Source: Eledone cirrhosa (Eukaryota). Taken from it: DNA of 64,000 nucleotides. The DNA lies in contig OZ024752.1 of the NCBI GenBank assembly GCA_964016885.1, positions 13,020,001 through 13,084,000 on the forward strand. The letters run 5' to 3'. Below the pieces are notes generated by a model that was not told where the DNA came from, searched no databases, and saw only the letters and a program-made list of their open reading frames with translations. The position numbers were made by a program, and so were the translations under genes. This document shows, one piece after another, positions 1-15,600 of this stretch (position 1 is its first letter; each line of letters opens with the position of its first letter).

Positions 1-164
1 ATGTCTGATATTGGACAGTTGCTCATTATCAAAATAACCAATAATTTGTCAAAGTTTAAAGTCTTTTGTACACATAATCTCTGAACTACATGTTACTTTA
101 TATTGATTACAATTCATGGACCAACCTTTATTCATAAGACCCATTTTGTCTAAGTATTACATAA

Positions 165-365
165 TGGTTTCTGATTCAAGCACAAAGCCAGCAATACCAG
201 CAATACCCAGTGCATTACTGGTACTTTATTTTATTGACCTCGTAATAATTGTTTCTACTTTTGGCACAAGGCCAGCAAATACCCAGTACATTACTGGTAC
301 TTTATTTTATCGACCCCGTATGGATGAAAGGCAAAGTTAACCTCTGCGGGATTTGAACTCAGATG
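165..365 (-). mobile_element. Tandem 3' fragments of a Nin/Deu-domain tRNA-SINE
   Basis: Reverse complement reads 'aactttgcctttcatcc...gtcgataaaataaagtaccagtaatgtactgggt...ggccttgtgccaaaagtagaaacaatt', matching the fuller copy at 62925-63130. Confidence 0.75.
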
Positions 366-377
366 ATAAAAGGACGT

Positions 378-600
378 GTGGTTTCTGATTTAAGCACAAG
401 ACCAGCAATTTTGGTGGGACGGGAAAGTTGATTAAATCGACCCCCCAATGCAATACTGGTGCTTTATTTATCAACCCCATAAAGATGAAAGGCAAAGTTA
501 AACTTGGCAGGATTTGAACCCAGAACGTAAAGGGCCGTAACTTCATGCTTGTAAAGTGTGATGTCCGATGCCCAACCAATACTGCCAATCCACCACCCTA
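378..600 (-). mobile_element. tRNA-derived SINE with Nin/Deu-like central domain
   Basis: Minus strand: A-box-like 'tggcagtattgg', B-box 'ggttcaaatcc', then 'tttgcctttcatc...gttgataaataaagcaccag' and tail 'ggtcttgtgcttaaatcagaaacc'. Confidence 0.75.
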
Positions 601-642
601 AGTGTCTAAGTATTAATAATGAGTTATAGTCCCCCACTACTT

Positions 643-3600
643 CCCACATTCAACAGTCACATAAACCCTATAAAAATAGTCATAGTATTGAGACCCCACC
701 TTCTACAGTCAAATAAACCCTGTAAAATATAGGCATGGTGTTGACACCCCACCTACAGTCACATAAACCCTGTAAAATATAGGCATGGTGTTGACAGCCC
801 ACCTTCTACAGTCAAATAAACCCTGTAAAATATAGGCATGGTGTTGACACCCCACCTACAGTCACATAAACCCTGTAAAATATAGGCATGGTGTTGACAG
901 CCCACCTTCTACAGTCACATAAACCCTGTAAAATATAGGCATGGTGTTGACAGCCCACCTTCTACAGTCACATAAACCCTGTAAAATATAGGCATGGTGT
1001 TGACAGCCCACCTTCTACAGTCAAATAAACCCTGTAAAATATAGGCATGGTGTTGACACCCCACCTACAGTCACATAAACCCTGTAAAATATAGGCATGG
1101 TGTTGACAGCCCACCTTCTACAGTCACATAAACCCTGTAAAATAGAGGCATGGTGTTGACACCCCACCTACAGTCACATAAACCCTGTAAAATATAGGCA
1201 TGGTGTTGACACCCCACCTACAGTCACATAAACCCTGTAAAATATAGGCATGGTGTTGACACCCCACCTACAGTCACATAAACCCTGTAAAATATAGGCA
1301 TGGTGTTGACAGCCCACCTTCTACAGTCACATAAACCCTGTAAAATATAGGCATGGTGTTGACAGCCCACCTTCTACAGTCACATAAACCCTGTAAAATA
1401 TAGGCATCGTGTTGACACCCCACCTACAGTCACATAAACCCTGTAAAATATAGGCATGGTGTTGACAGCCCACCTTCTACAGTCACATAAACCCTGTAAA
1501 ATATAGGCATGGTGTTGACAGCCCACCTTCTACAGTCACATAAACCCTGTAAAATATAGGCATGGTGTTGACAGCCCACCTTCTACAGTCACATAAACCC
1601 TGTAAAATATAGGCATGGTGTTGACAGCCCACCTTCTACAGTCAAATAAACCCTGTAAAATATAGGCATGGTGTTGACAGCCCACCTTCCACAGTCAAAT
1701 AAACCCTGTAAAATATAGGCATGGTGTTGACACCCCACCTACAGTCACATAAACCCTGTAAAATATAGGCATGGTGTTGACACCCCACCTACAGTCACAT
1801 AAACCCTGTAAAATATAGGCATGGTGTTGACAGCCCACCTTCTACAGTCACATAAACCCTGTAAAATATAGGCATGGTGTTGACACCCCACCTACAGTCA
1901 CATAAACCCTGTAAAATAGAGGCATGGTGTTGACACCCCACCTACAGTCACATAAACCCTGTAAAATATAGGCATGGTGTTGACAGCCCACCTTCTACAG
2001 TCACATAAACCCTGTAAAATATAGGCATGGTGTTGACAGCCCACCTTCTACAGTCAAATAAACCCTGTAAAATATAGGCATCGTGTTGACACCCCACCTA
2101 CAGTCACATAAACCCTGTAAAATATAGGCATGGTGTTGACAGCCCACCTTCTACAGTCACATAAACCCTCTAAAATATAGGCATGGTGTTGACAGCCCAC
2201 CTTCTACAGTCACATAAACCCTGTAAAATATAGGCATGGTGTTGACAGCCCACCTTCTACAGTCACATAAACCCTGTAAAATATAGGCATGGTGTTGACA
2301 GCCCACCTTCTACAGTCAAATAAACCCTGTAAAATATAGGCATGGTGTTGACAGCCCACCTTCCACAGTCAAATAAACCCTGTAAAATATAGGCATGGTG
2401 TTGACACCCCACCTACAGTCACATAAACCCTGTAAAATATAGGCATGGTGTTGACACCCCACCTACAGTCACATAAACCCTGTAAAATATAGGCACGGTG
2501 TTGACAGCCCACCTTCTACAGTCACATAAACCCTGTAAAATATAGGCATGGTGTTGACAGCCCACCTTCTACAGTCACATAAACCCTGTAAAATATAGGC
2601 ATGGTGTTGGCAGCCCACCTTCTACAGTCACATAAACCCTGTAAAATATAGGCATGGTGTTGACAGCCCACCTTCTACAGTCACATAAACCCTGTAAAAT
2701 ATAGGCATGGTGTTGACAGCCCACCTTCTACAGTCAAATAAACCCTGTAAAATATAGGCATGGTGTTGACACCCCACCTACAGTCACATAAACCCTGTAA
2801 AATATAGGCATGGTGTTGACAGCCCACCTTCTACAGTCACATAAACCCTGTAAAATATAGGCATGGTGTTGACAGCCCACCTTCTACAGTCAAATAAACC
2901 CTGTAAAATATAGGCATGGTGTTGACAGCCCACCTTCTACAGTCACATAAACCCTGTAAAATATAGGCATGGTGTTGACACCCCACCTACAGTCACATAA
3001 ACCCTGTAAAATATAGGCATGGTGTTGACAGCCCACCTTCTACAGTCACATAAACCCTGTAAAATATAGGCATGGTGTTGACAGCCCACCTTCTACAGTC
3101 ACATAAACCCTGTAAAATATAGGCATGGTGTTGACAGCCCACCTTCTACAGTCAAATAAACCCTGTAAAATATAGGCATGGTGTTGACAGCCCACCTTCT
3201 ACAGTCACATAAACCCTGTAAAATATAGGCATGGTGTTGACACCCCACCTACAGTCACATAAACCCTGTAAAATATAGGCATGGTGTTGACAGCCCACCT
3301 ACAGTCACATAAACCCTGTAAAATATAGGCATGGTGTTGACAGCCCACCTACAGTCACATAAACCCTGTAAAATATAGGCATGGTGTTGACACCCCACCT
3401 TCTACAGTCACATAAACCCTGTAAAATATAGGCATGGTGTTGATAGCCCACCTTCTACAGTCAAATAAACCCTGTAAAATATAGGCATGGTGTTGACAGC
3501 CCACCATTCTACAGTCACATAAACCCTGTAAAATATAGGCATGGTGTTGACACCCCACCTTCTACAGTCAAATAAACCCTGTAAAATATAGGCATGGTGT

Positions 3601-6600
3601 TGACACCCCATCTACAGTCACATAAACCCTGTAAAATATAGGCATGGTGTTAACAGCCCACCTTCTACAGTCACATAAACCCTGTAAAATATAGGCATGG
3701 TGTTGACACCCCACCTACAGTCACATAAACCCTGTAAAATATAGGCATGGTGTTGACAGCCCACCTTCTACAGTCACATAAACCCTGTAAAATATAGGCA
3801 TGGTGTTGACAGCCCACCTTCTACAGTCACATAAACCCTGTAAAATATAGGCATGGTGTTGACAGCCCACCTTCTACAGTCACATAAACCCTGTAAAATA
3901 TAGGCATGGTGTTGACAGCCCACCTTCTACAGTCAAATAAACCCTGTAAAATATAGGCATGGTGTTGACAGCCCACCTTCTCCAGTCACATAAACCCTGT
4001 AAAATATAGGCATGGTGTTGACAGCCCACCTTCCACAGTCAAATAAACCCTGTAAAATATAGGCATGGTGTTGACACCCCACCTACAGTCACATAAACCC
4101 TGTAAAATATAGGCATGGTGTTGACACCCCACCTACAGTCACATAAACCCTGTAAAATATAGGCATGGTGTTGACAGCCCGTCTTCTACAGTCACATAAA
4201 CCCTGTAAAATATAGGCATGGTGTTGACAGCCCACCTTCTACAGTCAAATAAACCCTGTAAAATATAGGCATGGTGTTGACACCCCACCTACAGTCACAT
4301 AAACCCTGTAAAATATAGGCATGGTGTTGACAGCCCACCTTCTACAGTCACATAAACCCTGTAAAATATAGGCATGGTGTTGACAGCCCACCTTCTACAG
4401 TCACATAAACCCTGTAAAATATAGGCATGGTGTTGACACCCCACCTACAGTCACATAAACCCTGTAAAATATAGGCATGGTGTTGACAGCCCACCTTCTA
4501 CAGTCACATAAACCCTGTAAAATATAGGCATGGTGTTGACAGCCCACCTTCTACAGTCAAATAAACCCTGTAAAATATAGGCATGGTGTTGACAGCCCAC
4601 CTTCTACAGTCACATAAATCCTGTAAAATATAGGCATGGTGTTGACAGCCCACCTTCTACAGTCACATAAACCCTCTAAAATATAGGCATGGTGTTGACA
4701 GCCCACCTTCTACAGTCACATAAACCCTGTAAAATATAGGCATGGTGTTGACAGCCCACCTTCTACAGTCACATAAACCCTGTAAAATATAGGCATGGTG
4801 TTGACAGCCCACCTTCTACAGTCAAATAAACCCTGTAAAATATAGGCATGGTGTTGACAGCCCACCTTCTACAGTCAAATAAACCCTGTAAAATATAGGC
4901 ATGGTGTTGACAGCCCATCTTCTACAGTCACATAAACCCTGTAAAATATAGGCATGGTGTTGACAGCCCACCTACAGTCATATAAACCCTGTAAAATATA
5001 GGCATGGTGTTGACAGCCCACCTACAGTCACATAAACCCTGTAAAATATAGGCATGGTGTTGACAGCCCACCCACAGTCACATAAACCCTGTAAAATATA
5101 GGCATGGTGTTGACAGCCCACCTTCTACAGTCACATAAACCCTGTAAAATATAGGCATGGTGTTGACACCCCATCTTCTACAGTCACATAAACCCTGTAA
5201 AATATAGGCATGGTGTTGACAGCCCACCTTCTACAGTCAAATAAACCCTGTAAAATATAGGCATGGTGTTGACAGCCCACCTTCTACAGTCAAATAAACC
5301 CTGTAAAATATAGGCATGGTGTTGACAGCCCACCTTCTACAGTCACATAAACCCTGTAAAATATAGGCATGGTGTTGACAGCCCACCTTCTACAGTCACA
5401 TAAACCCTGTAAAATATAGGCATGGTGTTGACAGCCCACCTTCTACAGTCACATAAACCCTGTAAAATATAGGCATGGTGTTGACAGCCCACCTTCTACA
5501 GTCAAATAAACCCTGTAAAATATAGGCATGGTGTTGACAGCCCACCTTCTACAGTCACATAAACCCTGTAAAATATAGGCATGGTGTTGACAGCCCACCT
5601 TCTACAGTCACATAAACCCTGTAAAATATAGGCATGGTGTTGACAGCCCACCTTCTACAGTCACATAAACCCTGTAAACTATAGGCATGGTGTTGACAGC
5701 CCACCTTCTACAGTCACATAAACCCTGTAAAATATAGGCATGGTGTTGACACCCCACCTACAGTCACATAAACCCTGTAAAATATAGGCATGGTGTTGAC
5801 AGCCCACCTTCTACAGTCACATAAACCCTGTAAAATATAGGCATGGTGTTGACAGCCCACCTTCTACAGTCAAATAAACCCTGTAAAATATAGGCATGGT
5901 GTTGACAGCCCACCTTCTACAGTCAAATAAACCCTGTAAAATATAGGCATGGTGTTGTCAGCCCACCTTCTACAGTCACACAAACCCTGTAAAATATAGG
6001 CATGGTGTTGACAGCCCACCTTCTACAGTCAAATAAACCCTGTAAAATATAGGCATGGTGTTGTCAGCCCACCTTCTACAGTCACATAAACCCTGTAAAA
6101 TATAGGCATGGTGTTGACAGCCCACCTTCTACAGTCACATAAACCCTGTAAAATATAGGCATGGTGTTGACAGCCCACCTTCTACAGTCACATAAACCCT
6201 GTAAAATATAGGCATGGTGTTGACAGCCCACCTTCTACAGTCACATAAACCCTGTAAAATATAGGCATGGTGTTGACAGCCCACCTTCTACAGTCAAATA
6301 AACCCTGTAAAATATAGGCATGGTGTTGACAGCCCACCTTCTACAGTCAAATAAACCCTGTAAAATATAGGCATGGTGTTGACAGCCCACCTTCTACAGT
6401 CACATAAACCCTGTAAAATATAGGCATGGTGTTGACAGCCCACCTTCTACAGTCACATAAACCCTGTAAAATATAGGCATGGTGTTGACAGCCCACCTTC
6501 TACAGTCACATAAACCCTGTAAAATATAGGCATGGTGTTGACACCCCACCTACAGTCACATAAACCCTGTAAAATATAGGCATGGTGTTGACATCCCACC

Positions 6601-9600
6601 TTCTACAGTCACATAAACCCTGTAAAATATAGGCATGGTGTTGACAGCCCACCTTCTACAGTCAAATAAACCCTGTAAAATATAGGCATGGTGTTGACAG
6701 CCCACCTTCTACAGTCACATAAACTCTGTAAAATATAGGCATGGTGTTGACAGCCCACCTTCCACAGTCAAATAAACCCTGTAAAATATAGGCATGGTGT
6801 TGACACCCCACCTACAGTCACATAAACCCTGTAAAATATAGGCATGGTGTTGACACCCCACCTACAGTCACATAAACCCTGTAAAATATAGGCATGGTGT
6901 TGACAGCCCACCTTCTACAGTCACATAAACCCTGTAAAATATAGGCATGGTGTTGACAGCCCACCTTCTACAGTCACATAAACCCTGTAAAATATAGGCA
7001 TGGTGTTGACAGCCCACCTTCTACAGTCACATAAACCCTGTAAAATATAGGCATGGTGTTGACAGCCCACCTTCTACAGTCAAATAAACCCTGTAAAATA
7101 TAGGCATGGTGTTGACAGCCCACCTTCTCCAGTCACATAAACCCTGTAAAATATAGGCATGGTGTTGACAGCCCACCTTCCACAGTCAAATAAACCCTGT
7201 AAAATATAGGCATGGTGTTGACACCCCACCTACAGTCACATAAACCCTGTAAAATATAGGCATGGTGTTGACACCCCACCTACAGTCACATAAACCCTGT
7301 AAAATATAGGCATGGTGTTGACAGCCCGCCTTCTACAGTCACATAAACCCTGTAAAATATAGGCATGGTGTTGACAGCCCACCTTCTACAGTCAAATAAA
7401 CCCTGTAAAATATAGGCATGGTGTTGACACCCCACCTACAGTCACATAAACCCTGTAAAATATAGGCATGGTGTTGACAGCCCACCTTCTACAGTCACAT
7501 AAACCCTGTAAAATATAGGCATGGTGTTGACAGCCCACCTTCTACAGTCACATAAACCCTGTAAAATATAGGCATGGTGTTGACACCCCACCTACAGTCA
7601 CATAAACCCTGTAAAATATAGGCATGGTGTTGACAGCCCACCTTCTACAGTCACATAAACCCTGTAAAATATAGGCATGGTGTTGACAGCCCACCTTCTA
7701 CAGTCAAATAAACCCTGTAAAATATAGGCATGGTGTTGACAGCCCACCTTCTACAGTCACATAAATCCTGTAAAATATAGGCATGGTGTTGACAGCCCAC
7801 CTTCTACAGTCACATAAACCCTCTAAAATATAGGCATGGTGTTGACAGCCCACCTTCTACAGTCACATAAACCCTGTAAAATATAGGCATGGTGTTGACA
7901 GCCCACCTTCTACAGTCACATAAACCCTGTAAAATATAGGCATGGTGTTGACAGCCCACCTTCTACAGTCAAATAAACCCTGTAAAATATAGGCATGGTG
8001 TTGACAGCCCACCTTCTACAGTCACATAAACCCTGTAAAATATAGGCATGGTGTTGACACCCCACCTACAGTCACATAAACCCTGTAAAATATAGGCATG
8101 GTGTTGACAGCCCACCTTCTACAGTCACATAAACCCTGTAAAATATAGGCATGGTGTTGACAGCCCACCTTCTACAGTCACATAAACCCTGTAAAATATA
8201 GGCATGGTGTTGACAGCCCACCTTCTACAGTCACATAAACCCTGTAAAATATAGGCATGGTGTTGACAGCCCACCTTCTACAGTCAAATAAACCCTGTAA
8301 AATATAGGCATGGTGTTGACAGCCCACCTTCTCCAGTCACATAAACCCTGTAAAATATAGGCATGGTGTTGACAGCCCACCTTCCACAGTCAAATAAACC
8401 CTGTAAAATATAGGCATGGTGTTGACACCCCACCTACAGTCACATAAACCCTGTAAAATATAGGCATGGTGTTGACACCCCACCTACAGTCACATAAACC
8501 CTGTAAAATATAGGCATGGTGTTGACAGCCCGCCTTCTACAGTCACATAAACCCTGTAAAATATAGGCATGGTGTTGACAGCCCACCTTCTACAGTCAAA
8601 TAAACCCTGTAAAATATAGGCATGGTGTTGACACCCCACCTACAGTCACATAAACCCTGTAAAATATAGGCATGGTGTTGACAGCCCACCTTCTACAGTC
8701 ACATAAACCCTGTAAAATATAGGCATGGTGTTGACAGCCCACCTTCTACAGTCACATAAACCCTGTAAAATATAGGCATGGTGTTGACACCCCACCTACA
8801 GTCACATAAACCCTGTAAAATATAGGCATGGTGTTGACAGCCCACCTTCTACAGTCACATAAACCCTGTAAAATATAGGCATGGTGTTGACAGCCCACCT
8901 TCTACAGTCAAATAAACCCTGTAAAATATAGGCATGGTGTTGACAGCCCACCTTCTACAGTCACATAAATCCTGTAAAATATAGGCATGGTGTTGACAGC
9001 CCACCTTCTACAGTCACATAAACCCTCTAAAATATAGGCATGGTGTTGACAGCCCACCTTCTACAGTCACATAAACCCTGTAAAATATAGGCATGGTGTT
9101 GACAGCCCACCTTCTACAGTCACATAAACCCTGTAAAATATAGGCATGGTGTTGACAGCCCACCTTCTACAGTCAAATAAACCCTGTAAAATATAGGCAT
9201 GGTGTTGACAGCCCACCTTCTACAGTCAAATAAACCCTGTAAAATATAGGCATGGTGTTGACAGCCCATCTTCTACAGTCACATAAACCCTGTAAAATAT
9301 AGGCATGGTGTTGACAGCCCACCTACAGTCATATAAACCCTGTAAAATATAGGCATGGTGTTGACAGCCCACCTACAGTCACATAAACCCTGTAAAATAT
9401 AGGCATGGTGTTGACAGCCCACCCACAGTCACATAAACCCTGTAAAATATAGGCATGGTGTTGACAGCCCACCTTCTACAGTCACATAAACCCTGTAAAA
9501 TATAGGCATGGTGTTGACACCCCATCTTCTACAGTCACATAAACCCTGTAAAATATAGGCATGGTGTTGACAGCCCACCTTCTACAGTCAAATAAACCCT

Positions 9601-12600
9601 GTAAAATATAGGCATGGTGTTGACAGCCCACCTTCTACAGTCAAATAAACCCTGTAAAATATAGGCATGGTGTTGACAGCCCACCTTCTACAGTCACATA
9701 AACCCTGTAAAATATAGGCATGGTGTTGACAGCCCACCTTCTACAGTCACATAAACCCTGTAAAATATAGGCATGGTGTTGACAGCCCACCTTCTACAGT
9801 CACATAAACCCTGTAAAATATAGGCATGGTGTTGACAGCCCACCTTCTACAGTCAAATAAACCCTGTAAAATATAGGCATGGTGTTGACAGCCCACCTTC
9901 TACAGTCACATAAACCCTGTAAAATATAGGCATGGTGTTGACAGCCCACCTTCTACAGTCACATAAACCCTGTAAAATATAGGCATGGTGTTGACAGCCC
10001 ACCTTCTACAGTCACATAAACCCTGTAAACTATAGGCATGGTGTTGACAGCCCACCTTCTACAGTCACATAAACCCTGTAAAATATAGGCATGGTGTTGA
10101 CACCCCACCTACAGTCACATAAACCCTGTAAAATATAGGCATGGTGTTGACAGCCCACCTTCTACAGTCACATAAACCCTGTAAAATATAGGCATGGTGT
10201 TGACAGCCCACCTTCTACAGTCAAATAAACCCTGTAAAATATAGGCATGGTGTTGACAGCCCACCTTCTACAGTCAAATAAACCCTGTAAAATATAGGCA
10301 TGGTGTTGTCAGCCCACCTTCTACAGTCACACAAACCCTGTAAAATATAGGCATGGTGTTGACAGCCCACCTTCTACAGTCAAATAAACCCTGTAAAATA
10401 TAGGCATGGTGTTGTCAGCCCACCTTCTACAGTCACATAAACCCTGTAAAATATAGGCATGGTGTTGACAGCCCACCTTCTACAGTCACATAAACCCTGT
10501 AAAATATAGGCATGGTGTTGACAGCCCACCTTCTACAGTCACATAAACCCTGTAAAATATAGGCATGGTGTTGACAGCCCACCTTCTACAGTCACATAAA
10601 CCCTGTAAAATATAGGCATGGTGTTGACAGCCCACCTTCTACAGTCAAATAAACCCTGTAAAATATAGGCATGGTGTTGACAGCCCACCTTCTACAGTCA
10701 AATAAACCCTGTAAAATATAGGCATGGTGTTGACAGCCCACCTTCTACAGTCACATAAACCCTGTAAAATATAGGCATGGTGTTGACAGCCCACCTTCTA
10801 CAGTCACATAAACCCTGTAAAATATAGGCATGGTGTTGACAGCCCACCTTCTACAGTCACATAAACCCTGTAAAATATAGGCATGGTGTTGACACCCCAC
10901 CTACAGTCACATAAACCCTGTAAAATATAGGCATGGTGTTGACATCCCACCTTCTACAGTCACATAAACCCTGTAAAATATAGGCATGGTGTTGACAGCC
11001 CACCTTCTACAGTCAAATAAACCCTGTAAAATATAGGCATGGTGTTGACAGCCCACCTTCTACAGTCACATAAACTCTGTAAAATATAGGCATGGTGTTG
11101 ACAGCCCACCTTCCACAGTCAAATAAACCCTGTAAAATATAGGCATGGTGTTGACACCCCACCTACAGTCACATAAACCCTGTAAAATATAGGCATGGTG
11201 TTGACACCCCACCTACAGTCACATAAACCCTGTAAAATATAGGCATGGTGTTGACAGCCCACCTTCTACAGTCACATAAACCCTGTAAAATATAGGCATG
11301 GTGTTGACAGCCCACCTTCTACAGTCACATAAACCCTGTAAAATATAGGCATGGTGTTGACAGCCCACCTTCTACAGTCACATAAACCCTGTAAAATATA
11401 GGCATGGTGTTGACAGCCCACCTTCTACAGTCAAATAAACCCTGTAAAATATAGGCATGGTGTTGACAGCCCACCTTCTCCAGTCACATAAACCCTGTAA
11501 AATATAGGCATGGTGTTGACAGCCCACCTTCCACAGTCAAATAAACCCTGTAAAATATAGGCATGGTGTTGACACCCCACCTACAGTCACATAAACCCTG
11601 TAAAATATAGGCATGGTGTTGACACCCCACCTACAGTCACATAAACCCTGTAAAATATAGGCATGGTGTTGACAGCCCGCCTTCTACAGTCACATAAACC
11701 CTGTAAAATATAGGCATGGTGTTGACAGCCCACCTTCTACAGTCAAATAAACCCTGTAAAATATAGGCATGGTGTTGACACCCCACCTACAGTCACATAA
11801 ACCCTGTAAAATATAGGCATGGTGTTGACAGCCCACCTTCTACAGTCACATAAACCCTGTAAAATATAGGCATGGTGTTGACAGCCCACCTTCTACAGTC
11901 ACATAAACCCTGTAAAATATAGGCATGGTGTTGACACCCCACCTACAGTCACATAAACCCTGTAAAATATAGGCATGGTGTTGACAGCCCACCTTCTACA
12001 GTCACATAAACCCTGTAAAATATAGGCATGGTGTTGACAGCCCACCTTCTACAGTCAAATAAACCCTGTAAAATATAGGCATGGTGTTGACAGCCCACCT
12101 TCTACAGTCACATAAATCCTGTAAAATATAGGCATGGTGTTGACAGCCCACCTTCTACAGTCACATAAACCCTCTAAAATATAGGCATGGTGTTGACAGC
12201 CCACCTTCTACAGTCACATAAACCCTGTAAAATATAGGCATGGTGTTGACAGCCCACCTTCTACAGTCACATAAACCCTGTAAAATATAGGCATGGTGTT
12301 GACAGCCCACCTTCTACAGTCAAATAAACCCTGTAAAATATAGGCATGGTGTTGACAGCCCACCTTCTACAGTCAAATAAACCCTGTAAAATATAGGCAT
12401 GGTGTTGACAGCCCATCTTCTACAGTCACATAAACCCTGTAAAATATAGGCATGGTGTTGACAGCCCACCTACAGTCATATAAACCCTGTAAAATATAGG
12501 CATGGTGTTGACAGCCCACCTACAGTCACATAAACCCTGTAAAATATAGGCATGGTGTTGACAGCCCACCCACAGTCACATAAACCCTGTAAAATATAGG

Positions 12601-15600
12601 CATGGTGTTGACAGCCCACCTTCTACAGTCACATAAACCCTGTAAAATATAGGCATGGTGTTGACACCCCATCTTCTACAGTCACATAAACCCTGTAAAA
12701 TATAGGCATGGTGTTGACAGCCCACCTTCTACAGTCAAATAAACCCTGTAAAATATAGGCATGGTGTTGACAGCCCACCTTCTACAGTCAAATAAACCCT
12801 GTAAAATATAGGCATGGTGTTGACAGCCCACCTTCTACAGTCACATAAACCCTGTAAAATATAGGCATGGTGTTGACAGCCCACCTTCTACAGTCACATA
12901 AACCCTGTAAAATATAGGCATGGTGTTGACAGCCCACCTTCTACAGTCACATAAACCCTGTAAAATATAGGCATGGTGTTGACAGCCCACCTTCTACAGT
13001 CAAATAAACCCTGTAAAATATAGGCATGGTGTTGACAGCCCACCTTCTACAGTCACATAAACCCTGTAAAATATAGGCATGGTGTTGACAGCCCACCTTC
13101 TACAGTCACATAAACCCTGTAAAATATAGGCATGGTGTTGACAGCCCACCTTCTACAGTCACATAAACCCTGTAAACTATAGGCATGGTGTTGACAGCCC
13201 ACCTTCTACAGTCACATAAACCCTGTAAAATATAGGCATGGTGTTGACACCCAACCTACAGTCACATAAACCCTGTAAAATATAGGCATGGTGTTGACAG
13301 CCCACCTTCTCCAGTCACATAAACCCTGTAAAATATAGGCATGGTGTTGACAGCCCACCTTCTACAGTCAAATAAACCCTGTAAAATATAGGCATGGTGT
13401 TGACAGCCCACCTTCTACAGTCAAATAAACCCTGTAAAATATAGGCATGGTGTTGTCAGCCCACCTTCTACAGTCACACAAACCCTGTAAAATATAGGCA
13501 TGGTGTTGACAGCCCACCTTCTACAGTCAAATAAACCCTGTAAAATATAGGCATGGTGTTGTCAGCCCACCTTCTACAGTCACATAAACCCTGTAAAATA
13601 TAGGCATGGTGTTGACAGCCCACCTTCTACAGTCACATAAACCCTGTAAAATATAGGCATGGTGTTGACAGCCCACCTTCTACAGTCACATAAACCCTGT
13701 AAAATATAGGCATGGTGTTGACAGCCCACCTTCTACAGTCACATAAACCCTGTAAAATATAGGCATGGTGTTGACAGCCCACCTTCTACAGTCAAATAAA
13801 CCCTGTAAAATATAGGCATGGTGTTGACAGCCCACCTTCTACAGTCAAATAAACCCTGTAAAATATAGGCATGGTGTTGACAGCCCACCTTCTACAGTCA
13901 CATAAACCCTGTAAAATATAGGCATGGTGTTGACAGCCCACCTTCTACAGTCACATAAACCCTGTAAAATATAGGCATGGTGTTGACAGCCCACCTTCTA
14001 CAGTCACATAAACCCTGTAAAATATAGGCATGGTGTTGACACCCCACCTACAGTCACATAAACCCTGTAAAATATAGGCATGGTGTTGACATCCCACCTT
14101 CTACAGTCACATAAACCCTGTAAAATATAGGCATGGTGTTGACAGCCCACCTTCTACAGTCAAATAAACCCTGTAAAATATAGGCATGGTGTTGACAGCC
14201 CACCTTCTACAGTCACATAAACTCTGTAAAATATAGGCATGGTGTTGACAGCCCACCTTCCACAGTCAAATAAACCCTGTAAAATATAGGCATGGTGTTG
14301 ACACCCCACCTACAGTCACATAAACCCTGTAAAATATAGGCATGGTGTTGACACCCCACCTACAGTCACATAAACCCTGTAAAATATAGGCATGGTGTTG
14401 ACAGCCCACCTTCTACAGTCACATAAACCCTGTAAAATATAGGCATGGTGTTGACAGCCCACCTTCTACAGTAAAATAAACCCTGTAAAATATAGGCATG
14501 GTGTTGACACCCCACCTACAGTCACATAAACCCTGTAAAATATAGGCATGGTGTTGACAGCCCACCTTCTACAGTCACATAAACCCTGTAAAATATAGGC
14601 ATGGTGTTGACAGCCCACCTTCTACAGTCACATAAACCCTGTAAAATATAGGCATGGTGTTGACAGCCCACCTTCTACAGTCACATAAACCCTGTAAAAT
14701 ATAGGCATGGTGTTGACACCCCACCTACAGTCACATAAACCCTGTAAAATATAGGCATGGTGTTGACAGCCCACCTTCTACAGTCACATAAACCCTGTAA
14801 AATATAGGCATGGTGTTGACACCCCACCTACAGTCACATAAACCCTGTAAAATATAGGCATGGTGTTGACAGCCCACCTTCTACAGTCACATAAACCCTG
14901 TAAAATATAGGCATGGTGTTGACAGCCCACCTTCTACAGTCACATAAACCCTGTAAAATATAGGCATGGTGTTGACAGCCCACCTTCTACAGTCACATAA
15001 ACCCTGTAAAATATAGGCATGGTGTTGACACCCCACCTACAGTCACATAAACCCTGTAAAATATAGGCATGGTGTTGACATCCCACCTTCTACAGTCACA
15101 TAAACCCTGTAAAATATAGGCATGGTGTTGACAGCCCACCTTCTACAGTCAAATAAACCCTGTAAAATATAGGCATGGTGTTGACAGCCCACCTTCTACA
15201 GTCACATAAACTCTGTAAAATATAGGCATGGTGTTGACAGCCCACCTTCCACAGTCAAATAAACCCTGTAAAATATAGGCATGGTGTTGACACCCCACCT
15301 ACAGTCACATAAACCCTGTAAAATATAGGCATGGTGTTGACAGCCCACCTTCTACAGTCACATAAACCCTGTAAAATATAGGCATGGTGTTGACAGCCCA
15401 CCTTCTACAGTCACATAAACCCTGTAAAATATAGGCATGGTGTTGACAGCCCACCTTCTACAGTCACATAAACCCTGTAAAATATAGGCATGGTGTTGAC
15501 AGCCCACCTTCTACAGTCACATAAACCCTGTAAAATATAGGCATGGTGTTGACAGCCCACCTTCTACAGTCACATAAACCCTGTAAAATATAGGCATGGT